DNA from: an uncultured Verrucomicrobiae bacterium
Lineage (GTDB): Bacteria > Verrucomicrobiota > Verrucomicrobiia > Chthoniobacterales > UBA10450
Direction: 5' to 3'
NCBI GenBank assembly: GCA_963834385.1
Contig: CAWIBO010000001.1
Coordinates: forward strand, 128,001 to 192,000
Length of the DNA: 64,000 nt
Of the stretch, positions 19,801 through 27,795 are shown piece by piece; positions within the stretch are counted from its first letter, which is position 1; every line of letters starts with the position of its first letter. The notes below the pieces were generated by a model. It was not told the origin of the DNA. It saw only the letters and a list, made by a program, of their open reading frames with translations, and ran no database searches. The translations under genes and the position numbers were made by a program.

Positions 19801-20717
19801 TTAAAGGCGGAGTGCTCCAGAAAATAAAGCGTGACGCGCGCGACCAGGGCGAGGCTTTCCGGACTGATCTGGTCCAGCGTGTCGTCCGCCGTGTGCCAGG
19901 CGGCGTACTCAAAATCGATCAGATTGATGGCCGGGATTCCCACACGGTTCAGCGGGACATGGTCATCGAGGATCGGCGAAGAAAAATAGGTGAAATGATC
20001 GCGCACCCCCAGCGCCTCGGCGGCGGCAAATATCCCCGCGGCCAGGGCCGGGGGCGAATCAGGGCTCAGGGTGATCCGGAGGGACCGGTCGCCCATCATG
20101 TCGAGAAGAATGGCTCCCCGGTAGCGCGCGGCGGCGTTGCGCGAAGCCAGCTCGGCCGCGAAATGGCGGCTCCCGTAAAGCCCGTCCGCTTCACTGAACT
20201 CCACCTGGGCTTCCTCCCCGTCGAAAAAGACCAGGTCCACCCGGCGGGCCAGGTCGGGCCGGCCGGCAAGGACCCGGGCCAGCTCGAGCAGCGTGCCCGT
20301 GCTCGATCCGCTGTCGTTTGCGCCGACAAAAACGATGTCGTCGAAGACCTTGGTGTCATAGTGCGAACAGAGGAGGAACCGGTCGTTCGCCGGTTCTTCG
20401 GCGGCCGGGCCATGGCGGGCGATCAGGTTGACGAACGTGACCGGGCCGCGCGGCGTCTCCGCGACAAAACTTTGCCGGGTAACGTTCCAGCCCGCCTCGC
20501 GCAGCGTGGTTTCGAGATAGACCCGGGCTTTCTCGATGGCCTCGGAGGCCGGGGGACGGGGACCGAGTTCGACCAGCTCGCGCACATGCGCGAAGGCCTT
20601 CTCGCCGGAGAAGTCGCGCCAAAGTTCAGGAGACGTTTTCGAAGAGGAATCACAGCCCGGCATGAGAAGAAGGAGTGCACAACCGCCGATGCCATGGCGC
20701 AGAAGCCGGCCCGCCAT
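19797..20717 (-). CDS. M28-family lipoprotein, glutaminyl-peptide cyclotransferase (type II QC)-like
   Basis: Lipobox-like LLLMPG-C; motifs SHYDTK, GANDSGS, FFDGEEA, LYGSRH, LLDMMG, DDHVP, WHTADD. Confidence 0.8.
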   Translation of the reverse strand: MAGRLLRHGIGGCALLLLMPGCDSSSKTSPELWRDFSGEKAFAHVRELVELGPRPPASEAIEKARVYLETTLREAGWNVTRQSFVAETPRGPVTFVNLIARHGPAAEEPANDRFLLCSHYDTKVFDDIVFVGANDSGSSTGTLLELARVLAGRPDLARRVDLVFFDGEEAQVEFSEADGLYGSRHFAAELASRNAAARYRGAILLDMMGDRSLRITLSPDSPPALAAGIFAAAEALGVRDHFTYFSSPILDDHVPLNRVGIPAINLIDFEYAAWHTADDTLDQISPESLALVARVTLYFLEHSAFK

Positions 20718-20722
20718 GATGC

Positions 20723-21613
20723 TCAGGTGTCGCTCGCAGGCAGGCGGAGCAGCGAGAGAATCCGCTGCAGATCATCCGCGCTGTAAAACTCAATCTCGAT
20801 GCGTCCGCGTTTCCCGCTTTGCTGGAGCGAAACGCGCGTCCCGAGGTGATGTTGCAACCGTTCCTGCAAATCCTGCAGGTGAGGCGCACCGTTGCGGCCG
20901 GCGCTGCCCGAGCGGCGCCGCGTCCGACCCGGACCCGCCTGACGGGCCACGAGCTTCTCCGTGGCCCGCACGGTGGCGCTTCGCCGCAAAACGGTCTCGG
21001 CCACGCGCAGTTGTTCCTCCGCCGACTTGAGGCCGAGGAGAACCTTGGCGTGGCCGACCGAAAGAAGATCCTGCATGACCCAGCCCTGCACCTGCGGAGG
21101 CAGGTCAAGCAGGCGCATGGCATTCGCCACCGAGGCGCGGCTTCGTCCCACCTTCTGGGCAATGTCTTCCTGCCGAAGACCGAACTCGAGCGCGAGACGC
21201 TGGTAAGCCTGCGCTTCCTCGATCGGATTGAGGTCGGCGCGCTGAATATTCTCGATCAGCGACAGCTCGAGCACATCGCGGTCGTTGGCGCGCCGGATGA
21301 TCACCGGGACATCCGCCAGCCCGAGTTCCTGCGCGGCCCGCCAGCGGCGTTCGCCCGCGATCAATTCCAGGCGCCCGGCCGTTTCGCGGACAATCAGCGG
21401 TTGAATGATCCCGTGTTCCCGGATGGAATCGACCAGTTCGCGCAGAGCGTCGGCTTCAAATTCCTTGCGCGGCTGCAGAGGGCTGGGGGTGACCTCCGCC
21501 AGGGCCACGCGGTGAACTGCCTCTCCAGGACGGGTCTCCCCCTCCGGCCGCGCCGTGCCCGGGCGGGTCCCAATCAGGGCACCGAGACCTTTGCCGAGCG
21601 CGGATTTTGCCAT
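20723..21613 (-). CDS. parB: ParB/Spo0J chromosome partition protein
   Basis: ALGKGLGALI N-terminal peptide, QPRK.F, GIIQPLIVR, LIAGERRWRAA (CTPase box), ENIQRADLNPIEEA, HTH. Confidence 0.95.
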   Translation of the reverse strand: MAKSALGKGLGALIGTRPGTARPEGETRPGEAVHRVALAEVTPSPLQPRKEFEADALRELVDSIREHGIIQPLIVRETAGRLELIAGERRWRAAQELGLADVPVIIRRANDRDVLELSLIENIQRADLNPIEEAQAYQRLALEFGLRQEDIAQKVGRSRASVANAMRLLDLPPQVQGWVMQDLLSVGHAKVLLGLKSAEEQLRVAETVLRRSATVRATEKLVARQAGPGRTRRRSGSAGRNGAPHLQDLQERLQHHLGTRVSLQQSGKRGRIEIEFYSADDLQRILSLLRLPASDT

Positions 21614-21702
21614 GAAAGGGAAGGTTATGGGATGGGCCGGGCCGATGCAAACCGCATCCGCGCGCCGGTTGCGAAGAAAGCGCCCGGCCACTAGCGTGCG
21701 CG

Positions 21703-22569
21703 GTGTCGCTCCCGGACGTCTTTACTCTTGGCCATTCACCGGACCCGGATGATGCCTTCATGTTCTACGCCATGGCGGAAAACAAAATCGATCTGCGCGG
21801 CTACCGCTTCGAGCATCGCCTGGAGGATATCCAAACCTTGAACGAAAGGGCCAGGCGCGGCGAACTGCATCTTTCCGCCATCTCCATCCACGCCTATGCC
21901 TTTGTCGACGATCTTTACGCCATGCTCCCCTGCGGGGCCAGCATGGGCGATGGCTACGGTCCGATGCTGGTGGCGAAGACCGGTTCCCCTCTGGCCGGGG
22001 CGAAAACGGCCGATCTCCGCCAGGTCCTGGGAGGCCGGACCATCGCGGTGCCGGGCCGGATGACGAGCGCGTTCCTCGCCCTGCAGCTTTACCTCGGCGA
22101 ATTCGAGCATGTGGTCGTGCCGTTCGACCAGATTTTTGGCGCGGTGGAGGAGGGCCGCGTCGAGGCCGGCCTGATCATCCATGAAGGGCAGCTCACCTAT
22201 GCCCGGGCCGGTTTTACCAAACTCCTCGACCTTGGGGAATGGTGGAAGAACGAAACCGGCCTGCCGTTGCCGCTCGGCGGGAATGTGGTCCGAAAGGATC
22301 TGCCCCCCGAAGTGCGGCACGACCTTTCGGAGATCATGCGCGAGAGCATCGCCTATGGCCTGGCCAACCGGGCGGAGGCGGTGCGGCATTCCCTGCCCTA
22401 CGCCCGCGAGATGGAGGCGGATCTGGCCGACAAATTTATCGGTATGTACGTGAACGATTACACGCTGGCTTACGGCGAAACCGGCCGCGAGGCGATCCGC
22501 CGATTTTTGGCCCTGGCCCACGAGCGCGGCTTTCTCCGGCGCGCTCCCGCGGTCGAGTTCGTCCCCTGA
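21703..22569 (+). CDS. mqnD: 1,4-dihydroxy-6-naphthoate synthase (futalosine menaquinone pathway)
   Basis: LGHSPDPDDAFMF, DIQTLN, G.GYGP, GLIIHEGQLTY, DLGEWW...LPLPLG, I.MYVN.YT. Confidence 0.9.
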   Translation: MSLPDVFTLGHSPDPDDAFMFYAMAENKIDLRGYRFEHRLEDIQTLNERARRGELHLSAISIHAYAFVDDLYAMLPCGASMGDGYGPMLVAKTGSPLAGAKTADLRQVLGGRTIAVPGRMTSAFLALQLYLGEFEHVVVPFDQIFGAVEEGRVEAGLIIHEGQLTYARAGFTKLLDLGEWWKNETGLPLPLGGNVVRKDLPPEVRHDLSEIMRESIAYGLANRAEAVRHSLPYAREMEADLADKFIGMYVNDYTLAYGETGREAIRRFLALAHERGFLRRAPAVEFVP

Positions 22570-22573
22570 ACGG

Positions 22574-22756
22574 CTATTTCTTTGGCGCTTCCTTCGCGGG
22601 CGGTTGGACCGCCTTCTCCACGAAGCTGCGGGCGCGCTGGAACTCTTTTTTGAACCCCTGCGAGAAGTCGTCGGTCCCGTACTCAAACAGGACCACGAAG
22701 CAAAAGGTAAAGAAAGCGAAGAGGAGGAGCCAGAAGAGTCCCCGCAGGAGCGACAT
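22574..22756 (-). CDS. Small single-pass membrane protein (60 aa)
   Basis: MSLLRGLFWLLLFAFFTFCFVVLFEYG...; preceded by TTGACC-N17-TAGCAT-N7-ATG. Confidence 0.7.
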   Translation of the reverse strand: MSLLRGLFWLLLFAFFTFCFVVLFEYGTDDFSQGFKKEFQRARSFVEKAVQPPAKEAPKK

Positions 22757-22845
22757 GGCACCCATGCTAAGTGACGCGCCGGGCGCGGTCAACGTCCCAT
22801 CGATTCCCGATTGCTGACCGCCCTGAAGCTGCCATTCTTCGGGCA

Positions 22846-24033
22846 ATGCGCGTTCCCCTCCTCGACCTGAGTGAGCAATACCGTTCCCTGGCCGGGCCGC
22901 TCCGGGCCGAGATCGACGAGATTCTCGCCAGCCAGCAGTTTATTCTCGGCCCGAAAGTGGAGGAGTTCGAGGCGGCCATGGCGCACTATTGCGGGTCGCG
23001 CCACGCCATTGGCGTTTCCTCCGGAACCGACGCCCTCCTCGCCATTCTCATGGCCCTGGGAATCGGTCCCGGCCACGCCGTCGTCACCACCGCCTACACT
23101 TTTTTCGCCACCGCCGGCTGCGTCGCCCGTGTGGGCGCCCTGCCGGTGTTCGTCGACATTGAACCCGACACCTTCAATATCTCGCCCGCCGCGCTCGAGG
23201 AATTTCTCGCCGGTTGCGAGCGCAACGAGGCGGGCCGGCCGGTGACGACCGGAGGTCGAGAGATTGCCGCCCTTGTCCCGGTCCACCTCTTTGGGCTATG
23301 CGCCGAGATGGAGGCCCTCTGCGAGATTGCGCGCCGCTACCACGTGGTCCTGATCGAGGACGCCGCCCAGGCGATCGGGGCGGAATACGCCTCCGGGCCG
23401 GTCTCTGGGCGGGCAGGGGCGATGGGATTTGCCGGCTATTTCAGCTTTTATCCTTCGAAAAATCTTGGAGCCGCAGGTGACGCCGGCCTTGTCGTGACCG
23501 ACGACGAGGCATTCGCCGCGCGCCTGCGCGTCTGCCGCCAGCACGGGATGGAACCCCGTTATTTTCATCATTTCATCGGGGGAAATTTCCGGCTCGACGG
23601 CATCCAGGCCGCCATCCTGCAGGTGAAACTGCCCTGGCTCGACCGCTGGTCGGCGCAGCGCCGCGACGCCGCCGATTTCTACCGGGCCGAGTTTTCACGT
23701 CATGGCCTGGAGGAGGTGGTCCGTCTGCCGGTTGAACCCTACCGCGCGGGCGGCCTGGCCAATCACCACATCTATCATCAGTTTGTCATCCGGACAGAGC
23801 GCCGGGACGCTCTGCAGCAGCATCTGACGAAGCGGGAGATCGGCACCGCCATCTACTACCCGCTCGGCCTGCATGAACAGGAATGTTTTCGCGAAATTTG
23901 CGGCCCGGTGGCCCTGCCGGAAACCGAGCGGGCCGCGCGGGAAACGCTCGCCCTTCCGATGTTTCCCGAGTTGACGCGGGAGCAGCAGCGCTGCGTCGTG
24001 GCCGCCGTGGCGGAATTTTTCGAGCGCGCCTAA
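22846..24033 (+). CDS. DegT/DnrJ/EryC1/StrS PLP-dependent sugar aminotransferase
   Basis: SSGTDAL, PVHLFG, IEDAAQAIGA, FSFYPSKNLGAAGDAG, GGNFRLDGIQAA. Confidence 0.93.
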   Translation: MRVPLLDLSEQYRSLAGPLRAEIDEILASQQFILGPKVEEFEAAMAHYCGSRHAIGVSSGTDALLAILMALGIGPGHAVVTTAYTFFATAGCVARVGALPVFVDIEPDTFNISPAALEEFLAGCERNEAGRPVTTGGREIAALVPVHLFGLCAEMEALCEIARRYHVVLIEDAAQAIGAEYASGPVSGRAGAMGFAGYFSFYPSKNLGAAGDAGLVVTDDEAFAARLRVCRQHGMEPRYFHHFIGGNFRLDGIQAAILQVKLPWLDRWSAQRRDAADFYRAEFSRHGLEEVVRLPVEPYRAGGLANHHIYHQFVIRTERRDALQQHLTKREIGTAIYYPLGLHEQECFREICGPVALPETERAARETLALPMFPELTREQQRCVVAAVAEFFERA

Positions 24034-24086
24034 CCCGCCACTTGCGACCGGCGGCGCGCCAGCCTATATCAACGGCTCGCAGCGAC

Positions 24087-24170
24087 GGGTAGGTTCCGGA
24101 GTGGCCAAACGGGGCAGACTGTAAATCTGCTGGCTTTACGCCTTCGCTGGTTCGAATCCAGCCCTGCCCA
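24087..24170 (+). tRNA. tRNA-Tyr (GTA), CCA not encoded
   Basis: Acceptor stem GGGTAGG/CCTGCCC, anticodon arm GCAGA-CT-GTA-AA-TCTGC, long variable arm, GGTTCGAATCC T-loop. Upstream TTGCGA-N17-TATATC. Confidence 0.96.
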
Positions 24171-24175
24171 TTTTC

Positions 24176-24649
24176 CTAGCGCCGTTTGCGCGCGGTTTTA
24201 CTCCGGGCTTTCGCCTTCGAGACAGAGCGCCCACGCCCGGTTTTTCCGGCCTTGGATCGAGTGGTGCTTCGCCTGGATGTTCCCCCGCTTTTCCCGGCCG
24301 CCCGACGGCTTCCTCCGGCTTTCGCCCCGCGCGCGGATTTGACCGTCTTACGCTCAGACACGGCTTTTTTTGCCTGGCCCGTCTTCCGGCGACCAGTGCC
24401 GCCTCCGCCCGTGACGCCTGCTTTTCGTGCGGCCTTTCGGGCGACGGCCCTGAAGCCACCCTCCCGGGCGGCCCGCCGGCCGACCATCGCGCCCACGACC
24501 CCTCCAACGACCGCGCCGACCGGTCCCGTGACGCTCCCGATGACCGCCCCGGCGGCGGCACCGGCTGCTTCCTTCGAGATCGAGGGCAACTCGACGCGCC
24601 CGGCCGAGCCTCCGTTTTTGCTTCGTCCATTCTTCTTTTCGTTTGCCAT
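24176..24649 (-). CDS. Glycine-zipper protein with histone-H1-like Lys/Arg-rich tail
   Basis: GAAAGAVIGSVTGPVGAVVGGVVGAMVG followed by about 95 aa of K/R/G/S/A-rich sequence; SD-like GAGGA upstream. Confidence 0.65.
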   Translation of the reverse strand: MANEKKNGRSKNGGSAGRVELPSISKEAAGAAAGAVIGSVTGPVGAVVGGVVGAMVGRRAAREGGFRAVARKAARKAGVTGGGGTGRRKTGQAKKAVSERKTVKSARGAKAGGSRRAAGKSGGTSRRSTTRSKAGKTGRGRSVSKAKARSKTARKRR

Positions 24650-24751
24650 AAATTTCCTCTCCGGCCGGGCGGAATGCCCGGCTAATCCTCATTCGCGGGC
24701 GCCATCCTCCTCAGCCGTAGCGTCCGGCTGTTTTAACGGGATTCGGGCAAC

Positions 24752-24781
24752 AAAAAAGCGCTCGCCGAAACGAGCGCTTTT
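24752..24781 (-). terminator. Rho-independent terminator of the RRM gene
   Basis: AAAAGCGCTCG / CGAGCGCTTTT stem, UUCG-containing loop on the minus strand, U-tract. Confidence 0.85.
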
Positions 24782-24804
24782 CGAAAAGTAATCGAGCTGG
24801 AGGA

Positions 24805-25209
24805 TTAGCGCCCGCGACGCTGGCCGCCGTCACGGCGTCCGCCGCCGCCGCCACCGCCGTAACCGCCACCGCCGCCGCCACCACCGTAGCCGCCGCCGCC
24901 ACCGCCGCCGCCATAACCGCGGCCACCACCACCACCGCCACCGCCGCCGGGAGGACGAGCCTCGCGCGGACGCGCTTCGTTCACGGTGAGAGGACGACCT
25001 TCCACGGTCTTGCCGTTGAACTGCGTGATCGCGTTCTGGGCGTCCTGGTCAGTGGCCATGGTCACGAAGGCGAAGCCGCGTGATTTGCCGGTGAATTTAT
25101 CCTGCATGAGCGCGACTTCCTGGACGGGGCCGGCCTGCGCAAACAGATCCTGAAGATCAGTCTCCGTCGTGTTGAAGGAAAGATTTCCTACGTATAATTT
25201 AGTTCCCAT
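24805..25209 (-). CDS. RRM-domain RNA-binding protein with Gly-rich tail (Rbp-type)
   Basis: RNP2 LYVGNL, RNP1 RGFAFVTM, LTVNEARPRE, GGGGGY repeats. Confidence 0.95.
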   Translation of the reverse strand: MGTKLYVGNLSFNTTETDLQDLFAQAGPVQEVALMQDKFTGKSRGFAFVTMATDQDAQNAITQFNGKTVEGRPLTVNEARPREARPPGGGGGGGGGRGYGGGGGGGGYGGGGGGGGYGGGGGGGRRDGGQRRGR

Positions 25210-25396
25210 TTGAGTTTATTGGACGAAAACACCGCTTGGACATTGTTCCCGCTCATCGGATTTCAAATCGCCACTGAAATAAACTCAACTGACAATCCAC
25301 CAACGCATCCGAGCTATGGTTCTCGTTTCGGCCTGATTAGTAATTGGTTTCCCCGGCCAACGCAACAGGAATCGCGGGGAGTTGAAGGGACCCAAA

Positions 25397-26620
25397 ATGG
25401 CTGAATCAACCTCGCAATCTCCATCGCAAACACCTGCCCGCGTGGCGATTGTGGCAGCCGGAGTCATCAGCCCCCTGGGCTTTGGCCTCGCCGAGACCGC
25501 CGCCGCCCTGCGCGATGCCCGTGATTGCATCAGCCCGGTGCGGCAGTTCGATGCCGCCGCCTGCCGCTGCCAGACCGCCGGCCAGATTGATCGCGCCCGC
25601 CTGCGACAGAGCGTCACTCTGCCTCGCAGCGACCGTCTGCACCCGGTTGCCTTCATGACCGCTTTTGCGCTCGGGGAAGCCCTCGCCCAGGCTCCCGGCT
25701 TTGTGCCGGAAATTTCCATCTTCGGCACCACCAGCGGCGGAATGTCCTTTGGCGAAGAATACTATCGCGCGCTGGCCGCGGGCCATCCCCTGCGCGGCGC
25801 GGCCACCCGGGTGGCCAACTATCCACCGCAGAAACCGCTCGTGGATGCGCAGGAAGCCTTTGGAATCCACGCGCCCTGCCAGGTGATCGCCAATGCCTGC
25901 GCCTCCGGGAGCAACGCCCTTGGACATGCCTATGCCTGCATCCGCTCCGGACGTTACCAGCGGGTTCTTTCCGGCGGTTACGATGCCATCTCCGAGCTGG
26001 TCTTCGTGGGCTTTGATTCCCTCCAGGCCGCGACCCCGGAAAAGTGCCGCCCGTTTGACCGGGAGCGTACGGGGCTGGTCCTGGGCGAGGGAGCGGCTGT
26101 GCTGGCCCTGGAAAACATGGACGCCGCGCGAGCGCGGGGCGCCACCATCCTTGGCGAGATCACGGGCTACGGCATTTCCACCGACAATCACCATCTGACC
26201 CAGCCGCACCCTTCCGGCAGCGGCCCCCGGCAGTCGATGCAGATGGCGCTGCGGGACGCCGCCCTGCGCCCGGAAGAGATCGACTACGTCAATGCTCACG
26301 GCACAGCCACGCCTTTCAATGATGCGGCCGAAGGACGGGCCATTGTCGAATTGTTCGGCTCCCGTGTGCCGGTCAGCTCTACCAAGGCGATGATGGGCCA
26401 CTCGCTCGGCGCCGCCGGCGCCATCGAGGCGGTGATCAGCCTCCTCGCCCTGCGCGAACAATTCCTCCCGCCCAACCTCAACTTCCGTGCGCTCGACGAC
26501 GGGCTTGAACTGAACGTCATCCAAGGGACCCGCCCCGCTCCCCTCCGCCGCGTCCTTTCCAACTCCTTCGGGTTCGGCGGGGCCAACGCCTCGCTCATCC
26601 TGGAAAAGGCGGCGGCATGA
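25397..26620 (+). CDS. Beta-ketoacyl-ACP synthase (FabF-like KS, catalytically intact)
   Basis: Cys in NACASG, His in NAHGTAT and GHSLGAAG, SNSFGFGG. Confidence 0.9.
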   Translation: MAESTSQSPSQTPARVAIVAAGVISPLGFGLAETAAALRDARDCISPVRQFDAAACRCQTAGQIDRARLRQSVTLPRSDRLHPVAFMTAFALGEALAQAPGFVPEISIFGTTSGGMSFGEEYYRALAAGHPLRGAATRVANYPPQKPLVDAQEAFGIHAPCQVIANACASGSNALGHAYACIRSGRYQRVLSGGYDAISELVFVGFDSLQAATPEKCRPFDRERTGLVLGEGAAVLALENMDAARARGATILGEITGYGISTDNHHLTQPHPSGSGPRQSMQMALRDAALRPEEIDYVNAHGTATPFNDAAEGRAIVELFGSRVPVSSTKAMMGHSLGAAGAIEAVISLLALREQFLPPNLNFRALDDGLELNVIQGTRPAPLRRVLSNSFGFGGANASLILEKAAA

Positions 26621-27741
26621 CGTCTGTCTTCCTCGCCGGCCTCGGCTGGGTCACGCCGCTGGGCAGCGATCTTAACGGAGTTTGGGAAGCACTCCGGGAG
26701 GGTCGCGAGGGCGAGATCACTTTTCTTTCCTCCCCAGTTTCTGACCGCCGTTACCCGGTCATGGCGGTGCCGGCGGAAGCGACCGCCTCTCTTCCGCGTC
26801 ACCCGCGACTCCGGCGCGCGAGTGCCATCTCACGGTTTGCCGCCGCCGCCGGACTGGCGGCGTTGCGCGATGCCGGGCTGGAGCTGAACGAGACGACTGC
26901 GCAAAGAACGGCACTGGTCTTTGCCATCTCCAATGGCGGAGTCATCTACACCGAGCGCTTCTTCCACGAGATCGTGCAGAGCGGGCCGCAAGCCGCGAGT
27001 CCCCTCCTTTTTCCCGAGACGGTTTTTAACGCCCCCGCCAGTCATCTCGCCGCCATCCTCGGGCTTTCCGGCGCCACCTACACGCTCGTCGGTGACGGCG
27101 CCGTCGGCCTCCTGGCCCTGCGCATGGCGCATGATCTCATGGCCAACGAGGACATCGATCACTGCCTCGTCGTGGCCGCGGAGGAAGCGGACTGGCTTCT
27201 CTGCGACGCCTACCGGCGCTGGCGGCTCCTGCGGACGGTTCCGCCGCCGTCGCTCTACGACGCCAAAGCGAGGGGCATGATTCCGAGCGAAGGCGCGGGC
27301 GCGCTTCTCCTGGCGCGCTCCGGAAAAATCGAACTGCGGACGACGAGCGCGGGAACAAACTACGCGCGCCGGAGCGAATGCGCGGAAGCAGCGGCCCGCG
27401 TCCTCGGCGAACTGGGCCGCCCCGATCTGCTTGTCACGAGCGCGAACGGCACCTTCATCGACGAAGCGGAACGGAAAGCTCTGGGAATGCTGCCGTCCGG
27501 CGCCCTTGTCTATCCCCCAAAAGGGGCCCTGGGCGAAGGTGTTGGCGCCAGCGGCCTCTGGCAGACCATCGTGGCGGCGCGCGCCCTGGCTACGGGGCAA
27601 TTGCCGGCGGCACTGCATGCGGAGCCGGGGCCGGTTGGCGTGAATCGCGCCCCGCTCGCGGGCGCCAGCTTCCGGGAGGCGGCCATCCTCTCCTGCGGGT
27701 TGAACCAGCAGGTTGCCGGGGCTCTTCTCTCCCTTGGCTGA
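26617..27741 (+). CDS. Inactive ketosynthase-like protein (chain-length-factor type)
   Basis: KS fold (GLGWVTPLG, SPLLFPETVFNAPASHL, SEGAGALLL) but TLVGDGAVG replaces the Cys motif, and SANGT / KGALGE replace both His motifs. Confidence 0.8.
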   Translation: MTSVFLAGLGWVTPLGSDLNGVWEALREGREGEITFLSSPVSDRRYPVMAVPAEATASLPRHPRLRRASAISRFAAAAGLAALRDAGLELNETTAQRTALVFAISNGGVIYTERFFHEIVQSGPQAASPLLFPETVFNAPASHLAAILGLSGATYTLVGDGAVGLLALRMAHDLMANEDIDHCLVVAAEEADWLLCDAYRRWRLLRTVPPPSLYDAKARGMIPSEGAGALLLARSGKIELRTTSAGTNYARRSECAEAAARVLGELGRPDLLVTSANGTFIDEAERKALGMLPSGALVYPPKGALGEGVGASGLWQTIVAARALATGQLPAALHAEPGPVGVNRAPLAGASFREAAILSCGLNQQVAGALLSLG

Positions 27742-27795
27742 GGCCGCTTTATGCCTTTGCAAGCCGACCGCCTCTCGGTAACCTTCGGCCTGCCG

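Noticed and set aside
24087..24650. tRNA-Tyr as an integration site for a genomic island
   Set aside because: No integrase, no duplicated tRNA 3' end and no compositional shift were found nearby.
24830..24950. (CCG/CCA)n repeat tract as a VNTR or CRISPR-like array
   Set aside because: It encodes the Gly-rich GGGGY tail of the RRM protein; there is no repeat-spacer structure.
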